DNA of 64,000 nt from an uncultured Pseudomonadota bacterium (GTDB lineage: Bacteria; Vulcanimicrobiota; Vulcanimicrobiia; Eremiobacterales; Eremiobacteraceae), in contig CAVTNB010000001.1 in assembly GCA_963736005.1 (NCBI GenBank), positions 1,664,001 through 1,728,000 of the forward strand. Direction: 5' to 3'. Both the position numbers and the translations under genes were made by a program. Below the pieces are notes generated by a model. It was not told the DNA's origin. It saw only the letters and a program-made list of their open reading frames with translations, and searched no databases. Below, piece after piece: positions 47,868 to 57,231 of the stretch (positions are counted from its first letter, which is position 1; each line of letters begins with the position of its first letter).

Positions 47868-49361
47868 TTAGGATTGGAGCACGCGAATCCTTCGCAGCTT
47901 TGCGTCAGCCGGACCCTGCATGTGGACCCCAGCCTTCAATTCGAGCCGCACGTAGTTAATGATGTTTGGTGTTATTCTCTCTCCCGGGCATAGAATCGGT
48001 ATCCCGGGGGGATAGGGCGTCACCACCTCAGCGCAAACTTTACCAGCACTTTTCCCAAATGGAATTTCGACGTGGTCGGCGAGAAAGGCCTCCCGCGGCG
48101 TGACAACTTGTTCGGGTATCTTGGGGAGCTCGTACGTTCCCTGCTTCAAACGTCGCTCGAGGATGCCGGTGGGAGCGTAGATGTCGATTGGCCGCTTTTC
48201 ACGAGCCAGCTCTGCAACGGCCTTGACCAGCCGGTCGATGCTCTTCTTGCGGTCGCCAATCGTGACGAGCGCGACGACGTTGAACAGATCGGCAAGCTCC
48301 ACTTGGACATTGTAGCGCAGACGGAGGATTTGTTCGGCCTCATAGCCGGTGTAGCCGAGGTCCTTCACGGTGATGACGATGCGGGTTTCGTCGTAACCAG
48401 CGATGCCAGGCTTGCCAACGTGGTCGGTGCCCATGCAGTAGACGCCGGGGATTGCGTTGAGCCGCCGCCGCGCATCGCGCGCCAAGGCAAGCGTTTGCGT
48501 GAGGAGTTCCTCGCCTTGAGTCGACATTTGCATCCGGGCGACATCAAGTGACGCCAGCATGACAAGCGAAGGGCTGGTGCTTTGAAAAAGTCGCAAGGTG
48601 CTTCGCAGCCGCCCTTGATCGATGCGCTCGCCACATGTGTGCAACATGGATCCCTGGCTCATGCCACCGAGTAGCTTGTGTGTGGAGTTGACGCACACGT
48701 CTGCTCCGACTGAGGTCGCAGACGGCGGAAGCTCGGGATGAAAGTGCAAATGCGGGCCCCAGGCTTCGTCCACAAGCAGCAGCTTGCCACGCGCGTGGAC
48801 GATGCGTTCGATTGCAAGAAGGTCGGCCGTCGCCCCGTAGTAGGTTGGGCTCGTGATGAAGACCGCGCGGGCATCGGGGTGCTGCTGGAGCGCTGCTTCG
48901 ACGGTCGCCGGCGTGACGCAATGATCGATGTGCAGCGCCTGGTCGACCTCCGGCTGCATGTACACAGGTCTGGTCCCGCTCATGATCAACGCGCTCGTCG
49001 CAGATTTGTGGCTATTGCGCGGCAAGAGGACGGTATCACCAGGCCGTAGCGCGGTCATGAGCATCGCCTGATTGCCCGCCGTCGAGCCATTGACAAGAAA
49101 GTACGAGTAATCCGCGCCGTAAGCCGCCGCGGCAAGGGCGTGCGCTTCCCGAATCGGACCTTCCGGTGCATTGAGATCGTCCAGCCCGCGAATCTGCGTC
49201 AGATCGATGGAGAGAACGTTGTCCCCAATGAAATCGCGCAACCGTCGGTGCATGCCGACGCCGTGCTTGTGCCCGGGCGTGTGGAATGACACGGTGCCCG
49301 ATCGAACGTAATCTTGTAACGCTTCAAAATATGGGGTTTTGTGCTGATCTAACCCGCTCAC
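47868..49361 (-). CDS. Arg/Lys/Orn decarboxylase (PLP, YaaO-like)
   Basis: FHTPGHK, VNGST, RNSHKS, DEAWG, STHK, PYPPGIP; upstream of tmk-holB. Confidence 0.92.
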   Translation of the reverse strand: MSGLDQHKTPYFEALQDYVRSGTVSFHTPGHKHGVGMHRRLRDFIGDNVLSIDLTQIRGLDDLNAPEGPIREAHALAAAAYGADYSYFLVNGSTAGNQAMLMTALRPGDTVLLPRNSHKSATSALIMSGTRPVYMQPEVDQALHIDHCVTPATVEAALQQHPDARAVFITSPTYYGATADLLAIERIVHARGKLLLVDEAWGPHLHFHPELPPSATSVGADVCVNSTHKLLGGMSQGSMLHTCGERIDQGRLRSTLRLFQSTSPSLVMLASLDVARMQMSTQGEELLTQTLALARDARRRLNAIPGVYCMGTDHVGKPGIAGYDETRIVITVKDLGYTGYEAEQILRLRYNVQVELADLFNVVALVTIGDRKKSIDRLVKAVAELAREKRPIDIYAPTGILERRLKQGTYELPKIPEQVVTPREAFLADHVEIPFGKSAGKVCAEVVTPYPPGIPILCPGERITPNIINYVRLELKAGVHMQGPADAKLRRIRVLQS

Positions 49362-49372
49362 TAAACTCTCCC

Positions 49373-49400
49373 ATGTAGCGAATGAAGTTCGCGACTACAT
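49373..49400. repeat. Degenerate REP class A
   Basis: atgtagcgaatgaagttcgcgactacat. Confidence 0.6.
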
Positions 49401-49541
49401 TGGAGGCGAGTTTAAGGGAATTCCCAAAAGCGCGAGCACGGCGCGAGGAGGCTGTAACTAGCATGGGCATAGCGATCTTCGGCCATCACAACGGCTAGTT
49501 TGGCGGGCGAACCTGGTTACCTTCGCCTGGGAGTTCGGGAA

Positions 49542-50498
49542 ATGAAGGCTTTACGAATTGGCGATGCGGGCGAGCTCGCCATCGTTGACGTGGCAAAACC
49601 AAAGCCAAAGCCGAAAGAGGCGCTGGTGCGAATTTTGGCTGCAGGCCTCAATCGCGCCGATGTTTCACAGCGGCGTGGCAAGTATCAGGCGCCGCCGGAC
49701 GTGCCGGCCGACATCCCTGGTTTGGAATTTGCGGGCGTGATCGAGGAGGCAGCCACACGCTTGCAGCCGGGCCAACGCGTTTTTGGCTTGACCGGTGGTG
49801 GAGCGCAAGCCGAATATATCGCGATTCCTGAGGATCTGCTCCTCGCCGTGCCTGATGGTATCAGCGACATTGAAGCGGGAGCAATTCCTGAAGCCTACGT
49901 CACTGTGCATGATGCCCTCTTCACCCAGGCCGCGTTGCGACGCGGTGAGCGTCTGTTGGTTCATGCCATTGCGTCGGGGGTTGGCTTGGCAGCGCTACAG
50001 GTCGCCAAGGCGTTTGGTTGCGAGGTTTACGGCACGTCGCGCAGCCCTGAAAAACTGGAGCGAGTGCGCTCGATGGGCATAGACCTTGCGTGTGGTCCCG
50101 ACGAGTTTGAGCAGCGCATTGGCAGCGCGACCCATGGCGAAGGCGTCAACGTCATCCTCGATCCTGTGGGTGGCGCTTATTTCAAGTCCAACTGCAATGT
50201 GCTCGCGACGTGCGGACGCTTGGTGATTCTTTCCACCATGGGCGGATCAAATGTTGAGATGTCTTTAGCCTTGTTGATGACCAAGCGGCTGCGTGTCTTT
50301 GGCACGATGCTGCGCAATCGCTCCCTTGAGGAAAAAACTGCCGCAATGCGCGCATTTGCGCGTGACCTCATGCCGCTCGTTGAATCAGGGCAGCTCAAGC
50401 CAGTCATCGCTGCGACCTACCCGCTCGAGCGCGCCACCGAAGCGTACGAGATGATGGAGCGCAACCGCAACGTCGGTAAGATCGTTCTCGTGTTGTAG
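49542..50498 (+). CDS. NAD(P)H:quinone oxidoreductase (PIG3/zeta-crystallin family)
   Basis: GLNRAD--QR-G-Y, PGLE-AG, SGVG-AA-Q, GKIVL. Confidence 0.92.
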   Translation: MKALRIGDAGELAIVDVAKPKPKPKEALVRILAAGLNRADVSQRRGKYQAPPDVPADIPGLEFAGVIEEAATRLQPGQRVFGLTGGGAQAEYIAIPEDLLLAVPDGISDIEAGAIPEAYVTVHDALFTQAALRRGERLLVHAIASGVGLAALQVAKAFGCEVYGTSRSPEKLERVRSMGIDLACGPDEFEQRIGSATHGEGVNVILDPVGGAYFKSNCNVLATCGRLVILSTMGGSNVEMSLALLMTKRLRVFGTMLRNRSLEEKTAAMRAFARDLMPLVESGQLKPVIAATYPLERATEAYEMMERNRNVGKIVLVL

Positions 50499-50546
50499 GG
50501 GGGATTGGAAATCGCGTGTTGTAGGGGGCGATTGGAAAATCGCCCC
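50489..50546 (+). repeat. Tandem REP class B variant (one degenerate, one intact)
   Basis: cgtgttgtaggggggattggaaatcg followed by cgtgttgtagggggcgattggaaaatcgcccc. Confidence 0.8.
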
Positions 50547-51119
50547 TTAGTGCAAGCGCGTGGGCGTTGGGCTTGGTGATGGCGCAATCACGCTTTCCAT
50601 GTCGTAATTCATTGCGGTCATCGAGAAGCGTCGCAGGCGCGCGCGAGCTTCAGGCTCTGGACCTGTCTTCAATTCCTTTGGGTTCTTCCAAATCGTGCCG
50701 TCGGCGAACTTCACCGCCAGGACTTCGAAGCTGACGTGATCGACGCTGTGATACGAGAACGGAGGATGAAACGCCCAGACTGCTCCATCGGAATCACCGT
50801 TGCCAAGATTCGCATTTTCAATGATGGGCACGGAAAGCAGCACGTCGCCAAACGCATCCATGACGTTGGTTTGCATCTTGAGGGCGACCGTGCGCCGCTG
50901 CCCTTGATTTGTCACCTTGAACGTCACCAAGTACCAGTTGCGCTCATGCTCGTAGAGCGGACCCGCGGTGACGCAGTCCCATTGAAAGGGCAGGTCGGGC
51001 GGCGTGAAAACCATATTTCGCGGCTGATGCGCAATACAATTGGCCAGAGCTGCTTTGCCGAGCAGAGCGATGACTCCGATTGCCAGGAGCGCAAAAAGCG
51101 GCGAACTTAGATGTCTCAT
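50547..51119 (-). CDS. Secreted hypothetical protein
   Basis: Signal peptide, D-FGD-L and V-FADGT-W motifs, PSPSPTP tail. Confidence 0.72.
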   Translation of the reverse strand: MRHLSSPLFALLAIGVIALLGKAALANCIAHQPRNMVFTPPDLPFQWDCVTAGPLYEHERNWYLVTFKVTNQGQRRTVALKMQTNVMDAFGDVLLSVPIIENANLGNGDSDGAVWAFHPPFSYHSVDHVSFEVLAVKFADGTIWKNPKELKTGPEPEARARLRRFSMTAMNYDMESVIAPSPSPTPTRLH

Positions 51120-51172
51120 CAGGCAGACCTCCGATGGATTGCGTTTCGGTGAGCAGACATGAAGCTCCGCTG

Positions 51173-51979
51173 CTAGGTCTGCGATGCGTCTGAAAAGAGG
51201 ATTTCGAATTTGAGCATCTCGTGACCACGATGGATAAGTCGACTTGTCTTGCACATGCCAAGGCGCTCCGCGAGCACAATCGAGCGCACATTATCGGGCT
51301 GCGTCAGCGCAATGAGACGACCCAATCGAAGCGTGCGCTCAGCATACTCCTTCACGGCATCCGCGGCTTCGAACGCCAGGCCTTTGCGCCAGTGGCTAGG
51401 CAAGAGCATCCACCCAATTTCGATCTCATCGGTACCCTCAAGCATCCCGAGACCACTCTCACCGATGATGGCTCCCGAATCGCGCTCAATGATGGCCCAA
51501 TCGCCAAAGCCAAGTTGTTCGTATCGCTCGATCGTACTGACGAGTGCCGAGTCGGCCTCCCGATCTGAAAGCGGTACATTTTCGTGGATGAAGCGCATGA
51601 CATCCGGATCTTGGGTCATGCGCCGAAATGCGTCTCGGTCGGCAAAGGTCCAGCGGCGCATAAGCAGTCTCGGTGTTTCGATCACGGGCTCAGGGAATGT
51701 CAGAGTGTACAACCACCAGGCTTTGCGTTTCGTTCGATCGCTCGGATTGCGCTCAAAATACAAGGACATGCGCAGCGCGTCAGTCGTTTCAACGTCATAA
51801 TAGTGCCGACGAATGTAGGCGTCGCCGCGATCCTCGCCCATGGTGCGCTTCGAACCGTGCGTGCGAGCGACATCGAAGCGTTGATTGCGCCAGACGAAGG
51901 CCTTTGGCACCGCGGGTTCGCCACGCGCCAGCGGCGCGATGTCGAAGTATCCGGGCTCGGGGGTGATTCGTTCGCTCAC
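51173..51979 (-). CDS. DUF6504-like domain fused to a RimJ/RimL GNAT acetyltransferase
   Basis: P-AFVWR---F-V...R-YY-V, then IETPRLL-R...EIGW-L---W-KGLA-EA...N-RS---ERLG. Confidence 0.8.
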   Translation of the reverse strand: MSERITPEPGYFDIAPLARGEPAVPKAFVWRNQRFDVARTHGSKRTMGEDRGDAYIRRHYYDVETTDALRMSLYFERNPSDRTKRKAWWLYTLTFPEPVIETPRLLMRRWTFADRDAFRRMTQDPDVMRFIHENVPLSDREADSALVSTIERYEQLGFGDWAIIERDSGAIIGESGLGMLEGTDEIEIGWMLLPSHWRKGLAFEAADAVKEYAERTLRLGRLIALTQPDNVRSIVLAERLGMCKTSRLIHRGHEMLKFEILFSDASQT

Positions 51980-51987
51980 AAAGACGG

Positions 51988-52111
51988 GTCGCGAATAAAT
52001 TCGCGACACTACATCAACCAACGCGGCGAATGAATTCGCGACACTACATCACTGCGTGGCGAATGAATTCGCGACATGAACCTACGTCGCGAATAAATTC
52101 GCGACACTACA
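51988..52111 (-). repeat. Array of four class A REPs
   Basis: gcgaat(a/g)aattcgcgaca at 51991, 52026, 52059 and 52089 (periods 35/33/30 nt). Confidence 0.88.
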
Positions 52112-52637
52112 CTTCGATGCGCTCTTCGATGGAAACGTCATACAAGAATAAGAATTTATACCATTCGCCGGGCACCGTATGGCGTTTGATCTGGATCCAG
52201 GGAATGTATTTGGGCGTGCGCGGTTTGCGGCGCAGAGACATATTGGCGTCATGCGGTGTCCGGTTGTTCTTGCGATTATTGCAGATGAGGCACGCGCAGA
52301 CAAGATTCTCCCAGCTCGAAGGACCACCATTCGAACGGGGGATGACGTGATCCACCGTCATCTGGCCCTCCCCCTTTCGGCCGCAATACTGACACATGTA
52401 ATCATCGCGCAAGAGCACGTTCTTTTTTGTCAATGCTACCTTCTGGCGCGGCCTGCGAATGTAGTACAGCATGCGAATGATCGAGGGCATTCGCATCGCA
52501 ATGGTGGCCGAGCGAAGCAGCCGCTCGTTGTGGTGGAGGATCTCGGCTTTACCCGCAAACACGAGTTTGACCGCGCGTTGCAGCGATGTGACGTTGAGCG
52601 CTTCGTAGGTGGCGTTGAGCACGAGAACGTCAGTCAC
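52107..52637 (-). CDS. HNH endonuclease (McrA-like)
   Basis: VLVLNA-YE, RD---CQYCG, TVDHVIP-S-GG--SW-N-V-AC--CN--K. Confidence 0.92.
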   Translation of the reverse strand: MTDVLVLNATYEALNVTSLQRAVKLVFAGKAEILHHNERLLRSATIAMRMPSIIRMLYYIRRPRQKVALTKKNVLLRDDYMCQYCGRKGEGQMTVDHVIPRSNGGPSSWENLVCACLICNNRKNNRTPHDANMSLRRKPRTPKYIPWIQIKRHTVPGEWYKFLFLYDVSIEERIEV

Positions 52638-52987
52638 GTCGCACGACCGGCTCGCCGAACGAATTCTATCTGGAGTTGGGTGAGCATACCCTCAACCGCG
52701 CGCAGCGCGTCAAGCTCCATAATCTCGCGCATGGCCGCGAGGAGTGCATTTGCCCCGTCAATCGCTGCGCGCGCCTCACGCATGCTAGAGGCAGTGACGT
52801 TCGTCTCCGCCGTGACCGACGGCGCAACGCCTGCCATCTCGATGCGCATATGCGCAGCAGCAGCGTCGATCAAGAGCGAGAGCATGCTGAAGGCAAGGTC
52901 TCGCATGGGCGGGATGTCGCTGGTTGCAACATCGCCCGCAGCTTCACGTTGAGGTGTCTCGTCGTGCATTTGCGTGATAGACTCCAC
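52634..52987 (-). CDS. DUF1844-like helical protein
   Basis: AR-AID----L...L--LQ--FV pattern; 4-nt overlap with HNH gene. Confidence 0.6.
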   Translation of the reverse strand: MESITQMHDETPQREAAGDVATSDIPPMRDLAFSMLSLLIDAAAAHMRIEMAGVAPSVTAETNVTASSMREARAAIDGANALLAAMREIMELDALRAVEGMLTQLQIEFVRRAGRAT

Positions 52988-53064
52988 GCTTTGTCTTAAG
53001 CGTGTGGGGGTATATGCCCCTGCTGGGCCATGCGCGTGGGCGATGTGACAAGTGCCCGCGCGCG

Positions 53065-53694
53065 CTAGTGTTTCGCGGCGGACACCATCTGCAGGAAATA
53101 CTTATGAATCCTAAGATCGTCGGTTAACTCGGGATGAAACGATGTTCCCAGCAGATTGTTCTGCCAGACCATCACGCCCTTACCATCCAGAGATGCAAGG
53201 ATGTGAGCGCCGCCCCATGCAGACTCGATCCATGGCGCGCGAATAAAGACACCGGGAAATGGCTTGCCGTCCAAGCCTTCAATCTCCAGCGGCTCCTCGG
53301 CGCTCTCGATCTGCCGGCCAAAAGCGTTGCGCTTTACTTCGATATGCAGCATGCCGAGCGTCGCCTGCTTCGAACCGGCAATCTTCTCGGCCATGACGAT
53401 CATGCCCATGCACGTGCCCCACACGGGCATGCCAGCCTTTGCGCGCTCGACGAGCGGCTTGGCAAGTTTGAAATGTTCGAGCAAGTTCGCAACGGTCGTC
53501 GACTCACCACCCGGAATGATGAGGCCATCAACCGCGCGCAAGTCATCCGCAGTCTTGACCCGGACGCCTTCGACCTTGCAGGCGTGCAATGCCGCCAGAT
53601 GTTCCTCGATGTCGCCCTGTAAAGCAAGGACGCCGACGCGCAGGTTCGACTTGGCCGCGGATTCCGCCGCTTTCGCGCCCTTGGTTGCAGGCAC
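53065..53694 (-). CDS. pdxT: PLP synthase glutaminase subunit
   Basis: GVLALQG, PGGEST, GTCMG, RNAFGRQ, FIRAP, FHPEL. Confidence 0.96.
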   Translation of the reverse strand: MPATKGAKAAESAAKSNLRVGVLALQGDIEEHLAALHACKVEGVRVKTADDLRAVDGLIIPGGESTTVANLLEHFKLAKPLVERAKAGMPVWGTCMGMIVMAEKIAGSKQATLGMLHIEVKRNAFGRQIESAEEPLEIEGLDGKPFPGVFIRAPWIESAWGGAHILASLDGKGVMVWQNNLLGTSFHPELTDDLRIHKYFLQMVSAAKH

Positions 53695-53697
53695 GGT

Positions 53698-54582
53698 CTA
53701 CCAGCCGCGGCCGGCGAGCAATTGCTCTTTGGGTATCTGGCTGATCTCAAGCCCGGGCATTGGGGCACCGAGCTCTTTGCTGACTTCCAAAACAACTTTC
53801 GGATCATCGAAGTAGTGCGTCGCTTCAACGATAGCCTTGGCCGTCTTGGCTGGATTCGCGCTCTTGAAGATCCCCGAACCAACAAAGACCCCTTCGGATC
53901 CAAGCTGCATGCACAGCGCTGCATCCGCGGGCGTGGCAATACCTCCGGCGACGAACATCACGACCGGCAGACGTCCGTGCTCGGCGACCTCGCGCACGAG
54001 CTCAACCGGAGCACCTAAATCGCGCGCCGTGCTCACGAGTTCTTCTTCCGGCAGAACGGAGAGCCGTCGAATGTCATCGTTGACCTGACGGAGATGGCGA
54101 ATCGCCTCAACGATGTTTCCAGATCCCGCTTCGCCTTTCGTACGAATCATTGCGGCACCCTCAGCAATTCTTCGTAAGGCCTCCCCAAGATTGCGCGCGC
54201 CGCAGACGAACGGCACGGTGAACGGTCGTTTGTCGATGTGATATGAGTCGTCGGCCGGGGTGAGGACTTCACTTTCATCGATGAAGTCGATACCTAACGC
54301 TTCGAGCACCTGCGCCTCGACAAAGTGGCCGATGCGCGCTTTCGCCATCACGGGAATGGTGACGGCATCCATAATGCGCTGAACGATTTCGATTGCCGCC
54401 ATGCGGGCAACGCCACCCTCTTTGCGAATGTCGGCCGGCACGCGCTCGAGCGCCATAACGGCCACAGCACCGGCCTCTTGAGCGATGATGGCTTGCTCGG
54501 GAGTCGTAACGTCCATAATGACGCCCGCTTTGAGCATTTGCGCGAGCCCGCGCTTGACTTTCTCCGTACCCTTTTGTTTCAC
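53698..54582 (-). CDS. pdxS: PLP synthase subunit
   Basis: [42 protein letters not shown]. Confidence 0.97.
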   Translation of the reverse strand: MKQKGTEKVKRGLAQMLKAGVIMDVTTPEQAIIAQEAGAVAVMALERVPADIRKEGGVARMAAIEIVQRIMDAVTIPVMAKARIGHFVEAQVLEALGIDFIDESEVLTPADDSYHIDKRPFTVPFVCGARNLGEALRRIAEGAAMIRTKGEAGSGNIVEAIRHLRQVNDDIRRLSVLPEEELVSTARDLGAPVELVREVAEHGRLPVVMFVAGGIATPADAALCMQLGSEGVFVGSGIFKSANPAKTAKAIVEATHYFDDPKVVLEVSKELGAPMPGLEISQIPKEQLLAGRGW

Positions 54583-54640
54583 GATCTTACCTCTGAGCGG
54601 ACATTGCTTGCACCGCAAGGCCCGCCTACTCTATTGGCGG

Positions 54641-54665
54641 AGCGGACGTAAAGGTCCGCTGCTAC
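54641..54665 (-). repeat. REP class C
   Basis: agcggacgtaaaggtccgctgctac. Confidence 0.8.
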
Positions 54666-54768
54666 GTTGGTCACTTGCTACATCTAGGGAGCCTTATAAT
54701 GCTAGCAAAATCACCGGGCGCTGTGTACCCCCGGCAACCACATTTCGGCGGGACGGATGATACAGGCG

Positions 54769-55029
54769 CTAGTGTTGTATGTTGGCCGAAGGTGACAGGT
54801 TTGGGTGTTCCGGGAGCGCATGATGTGTCACTTTTGTCGGCGCGATGTGTTGGACGGGCTCGGTAAGGTTCACGCGCGGAGCATACCGGCTCTTGTCGCG
54901 CTCGATCATGACGTTGCCGGCGTACCTACCCGCCGAAACCGATACCACAATAACCAGGACGCCAACGACGATGGTTGACGGCGCGAAATAGGGTGAGTAC
55001 CAATCGCCCGATCGTTTTCGGGCGGGCAT
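54769..55029 (-). CDS. Small single-pass membrane protein
   Basis: 86 aa with one TM; abuts the pilT stop. Confidence 0.6.
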   Translation of the reverse strand: MPARKRSGDWYSPYFAPSTIVVGVLVIVVSVSAGRYAGNVMIERDKSRYAPRVNLTEPVQHIAPTKVTHHALPEHPNLSPSANIQH

Positions 55030-56162
55030 TAGAACGTCCCCATCTCCTGCATGTCTGCGCCGCTCGTGATGTGCCCTTCGATCGCTAAGCGAAATTCCGT
55101 CGGACGGTCGGCCTTCGAGTATGCCTCTTTCTCCGTCACGAGGCCGCTTTGGTAGAGATCGATGAGCGACTGCGTGAAGGTCTGCATGCCGTCGAATCTG
55201 CCACCCGAAATGTACTGGTACATTTCGCTGAACTTGCCTTCCATGACGAGGCTCTTGATGGTTGGCGTGGCAATGAGCACTTCCACTGAAGGCACGAGTC
55301 CTGATCCATCCAAACGCGTCAGGAGTCGCTGCGAGACGATGCCGCGCAAACTCGTGGCGAGCTGGACCATGAACATTTTCTTGTTGGCTTCAGGCAATGC
55401 GTCCATGATACGCTCGAGTGCTTGCGTCGTGTTCTGCGTGTGAAGCGTCGAGAGGACCAAGTGGCCTGTCTCGGCGGCGGTGAGCGCGGTGATGATCGTT
55501 TCAGGGTCGCGCATCTCACCGATGAGGATGACGTCTGGGTCCTGCCGCAGCGCTTGCTTGAGCGCTATCGTAAACGACTCAGTATCAATGCCCACTTCAC
55601 GCTGCGAGATGATGCAGAGCTTGTCGACGTGGATGTACTCGATTGGATCCTCGATCGTGACGATGTGCCTGCGCTGCGTCGAATTGATATAGTCGATCAT
55701 GCAGGCCAGCGTCGTCGACTTCCCGGTGCCGGTTGCGCCGGTCAAAAGGACGATGCCGTCGCGATGATCGCAAAGGGTTTTGAGCGACGTCGGCAGCCGC
55801 AGCTCTTCAAACGTGGGGATGTCCAGCCGCACCGAGCGGAATGCCGCGCTGACCGTGCCGCGTTGGAAGTAGGCATTCACGCGGAAGCGGCCGTGACCGT
55901 GCAAGCCGTAGGCATAGTCGAGCTCTTTTGTCTCCATAAACTCTTGCTGCTGCGCGTGCGTCATCGAAGAAAAAATGAGATTTTCGCATTCGGGAAGCGA
56001 CAGCGGCCGCTCGGAGAGAGGTTTGAGAATGCCGTGTGCGCGCGCCATGGGTGGTGCGGCTGCTTTCAAGTGCAAGTCAGAAGCGCCAAGCGCGAGCATC
56101 TGCCGAAGCAGGCTGTCGAGATCCGGCGGTTTTTGTTGTTCGCGAACGACCATCGTATCCAC
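55029..56162 (-). CDS. pilT: Type IV pilus retraction ATPase (PilT/PilU)
   Basis: ASDLHL, GRFRVN, TGATGTGKSTT, TIEDPIE, RQDPD-ILIGEMRD, AETGHL--STLH. Confidence 0.9.
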   Translation of the reverse strand: MDTMVVREQQKPPDLDSLLRQMLALGASDLHLKAAAPPMARAHGILKPLSERPLSLPECENLIFSSMTHAQQQEFMETKELDYAYGLHGHGRFRVNAYFQRGTVSAAFRSVRLDIPTFEELRLPTSLKTLCDHRDGIVLLTGATGTGKSTTLACMIDYINSTQRRHIVTIEDPIEYIHVDKLCIISQREVGIDTESFTIALKQALRQDPDVILIGEMRDPETIITALTAAETGHLVLSTLHTQNTTQALERIMDALPEANKKMFMVQLATSLRGIVSQRLLTRLDGSGLVPSVEVLIATPTIKSLVMEGKFSEMYQYISGGRFDGMQTFTQSLIDLYQSGLVTEKEAYSKADRPTEFRLAIEGHITSGADMQEMGTF

Positions 56163-56218
56163 GGGTAAAGTGCTCCTCAGGAGGGAACTGATGCCCCGAT
56201 GTTCTGGCCAGGCGTAAG

Positions 56219-56243
56219 GGGCGACCTTACAGTCGCCCGCTAC
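56219..56243 (-). repeat. REP class B
   Basis: gggcgaccttacagtcgcccgctac. Confidence 0.75.
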
Positions 56244-56337
56244 GTGGACCTTACTAGGATTATCGGCACTTGAGCCTGTGCCCCGAACAGCCTTGGCGGG
56301 ACATTTCCATCAAGTACTTGGCCTCCCGGAGATGCCC

Positions 56338-57231
56338 ATGAAAACGGCCGCCGGCGCGTTTTCCCGCCGCGCGCATGCGAAGCTTAATCTACGCCTCGAG
56401 GTCGGCGAGCGCGTGGGGGATCTGCACTCCCTCGTGTCCGTGATTGCTCCGCTCGAGCTTGCGGATGAGCTTCGATTCTCTCCGGCGTCCGACGGCTTCA
56501 CCGTCGTGTGCGATGGGGTTGCCATACCCGAGCGCACCAATCTTGTCTGGCGCGCAGCGCATGAACTTGGGGTGCCTCCACCCATCGCCGTTGCGCTCGT
56601 CAAGCACATACCGCTCCAAGCGGGGCTTGGCGGTGGCAGCGCAGATGCGGCTGAAACACTGTTGGGCATCGCGCGCTTTCTCCATGACGGTGGACGCGAT
56701 ATTTCTCAAAGCATTCTTCATGATGCGGCGACCCGACTTGGATCCGACGTGCCAAGCGCTCTCGTTCCTGGCTTGAAGATTGTGGCGGGCGTCGGAGAAA
56801 AGGTCACGCCTTATCCGTGCACTCCGCCCAACTGGGGTATCGCTCTCCTCAAACCACGTGTTGGAAGCGATACCGCTCGTGCGTACGCGCTGCTTGATGC
56901 AACGCATTCGATGGTTCCCATTGTCGAACAGGCATTTGAGAACGCACGCGCGATGTGCCGCGCCTTTGCATCGCACGACTTCTCGAAGTTCCTAGCCTTA
57001 CTGCACAACGATTTCTGCGCAGCGATCGGGCAAGCGTTGCCCGATGTTGCCTCCGCACGCGAGCGTCTCGCGGACGCGGGCGCCACTGGAACGATTGTGT
57101 GCGGGAGTGGCTCGGGTGTTGCTGGTTTCTTTGAAGATGTCGACGCTGCGCGGCGTGCCCACGAGCGCATCTCGCTCGGCGAGGGTGAGTGGTCTACCGT
57201 CACTCGCTTTCAGAAAAGTTCGCATGTCTAG
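56338..57231 (+). CDS. ispE: 4-diphosphocytidyl-2-C-methyl-D-erythritol kinase
   Basis: AKLNL-L, K-IP--AGLGGGSADAA, LGSDVP, GSGS. Confidence 0.92.
   Translation: MKTAAGAFSRRAHAKLNLRLEVGERVGDLHSLVSVIAPLELADELRFSPASDGFTVVCDGVAIPERTNLVWRAAHELGVPPPIAVALVKHIPLQAGLGGGSADAAETLLGIARFLHDGGRDISQSILHDAATRLGSDVPSALVPGLKIVAGVGEKVTPYPCTPPNWGIALLKPRVGSDTARAYALLDATHSMVPIVEQAFENARAMCRAFASHDFSKFLALLHNDFCAAIGQALPDVASARERLADAGATGTIVCGSGSGVAGFFEDVDAARRAHERISLGEGEWSTVTRFQKSSHV

Noticed and set aside
51988..52111. Possible mini-CRISPR array next to the HNH gene
   Set aside because: Linkers are only ~10-12 nt, the period is irregular, the unit is the dispersed class A REP, and no cas genes are present
52030..52350. 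ORF with repeated (M/I)NSRHY peptides
   Set aside because: Translation of the REP array, antisense to the HNH gene
52107..52637. HNH as an IscB/Cas9-like RNA-guided nuclease
   Set aside because: Only 176 aa, with no RuvC or PLMP motifs; it matches the common stand-alone HNH type
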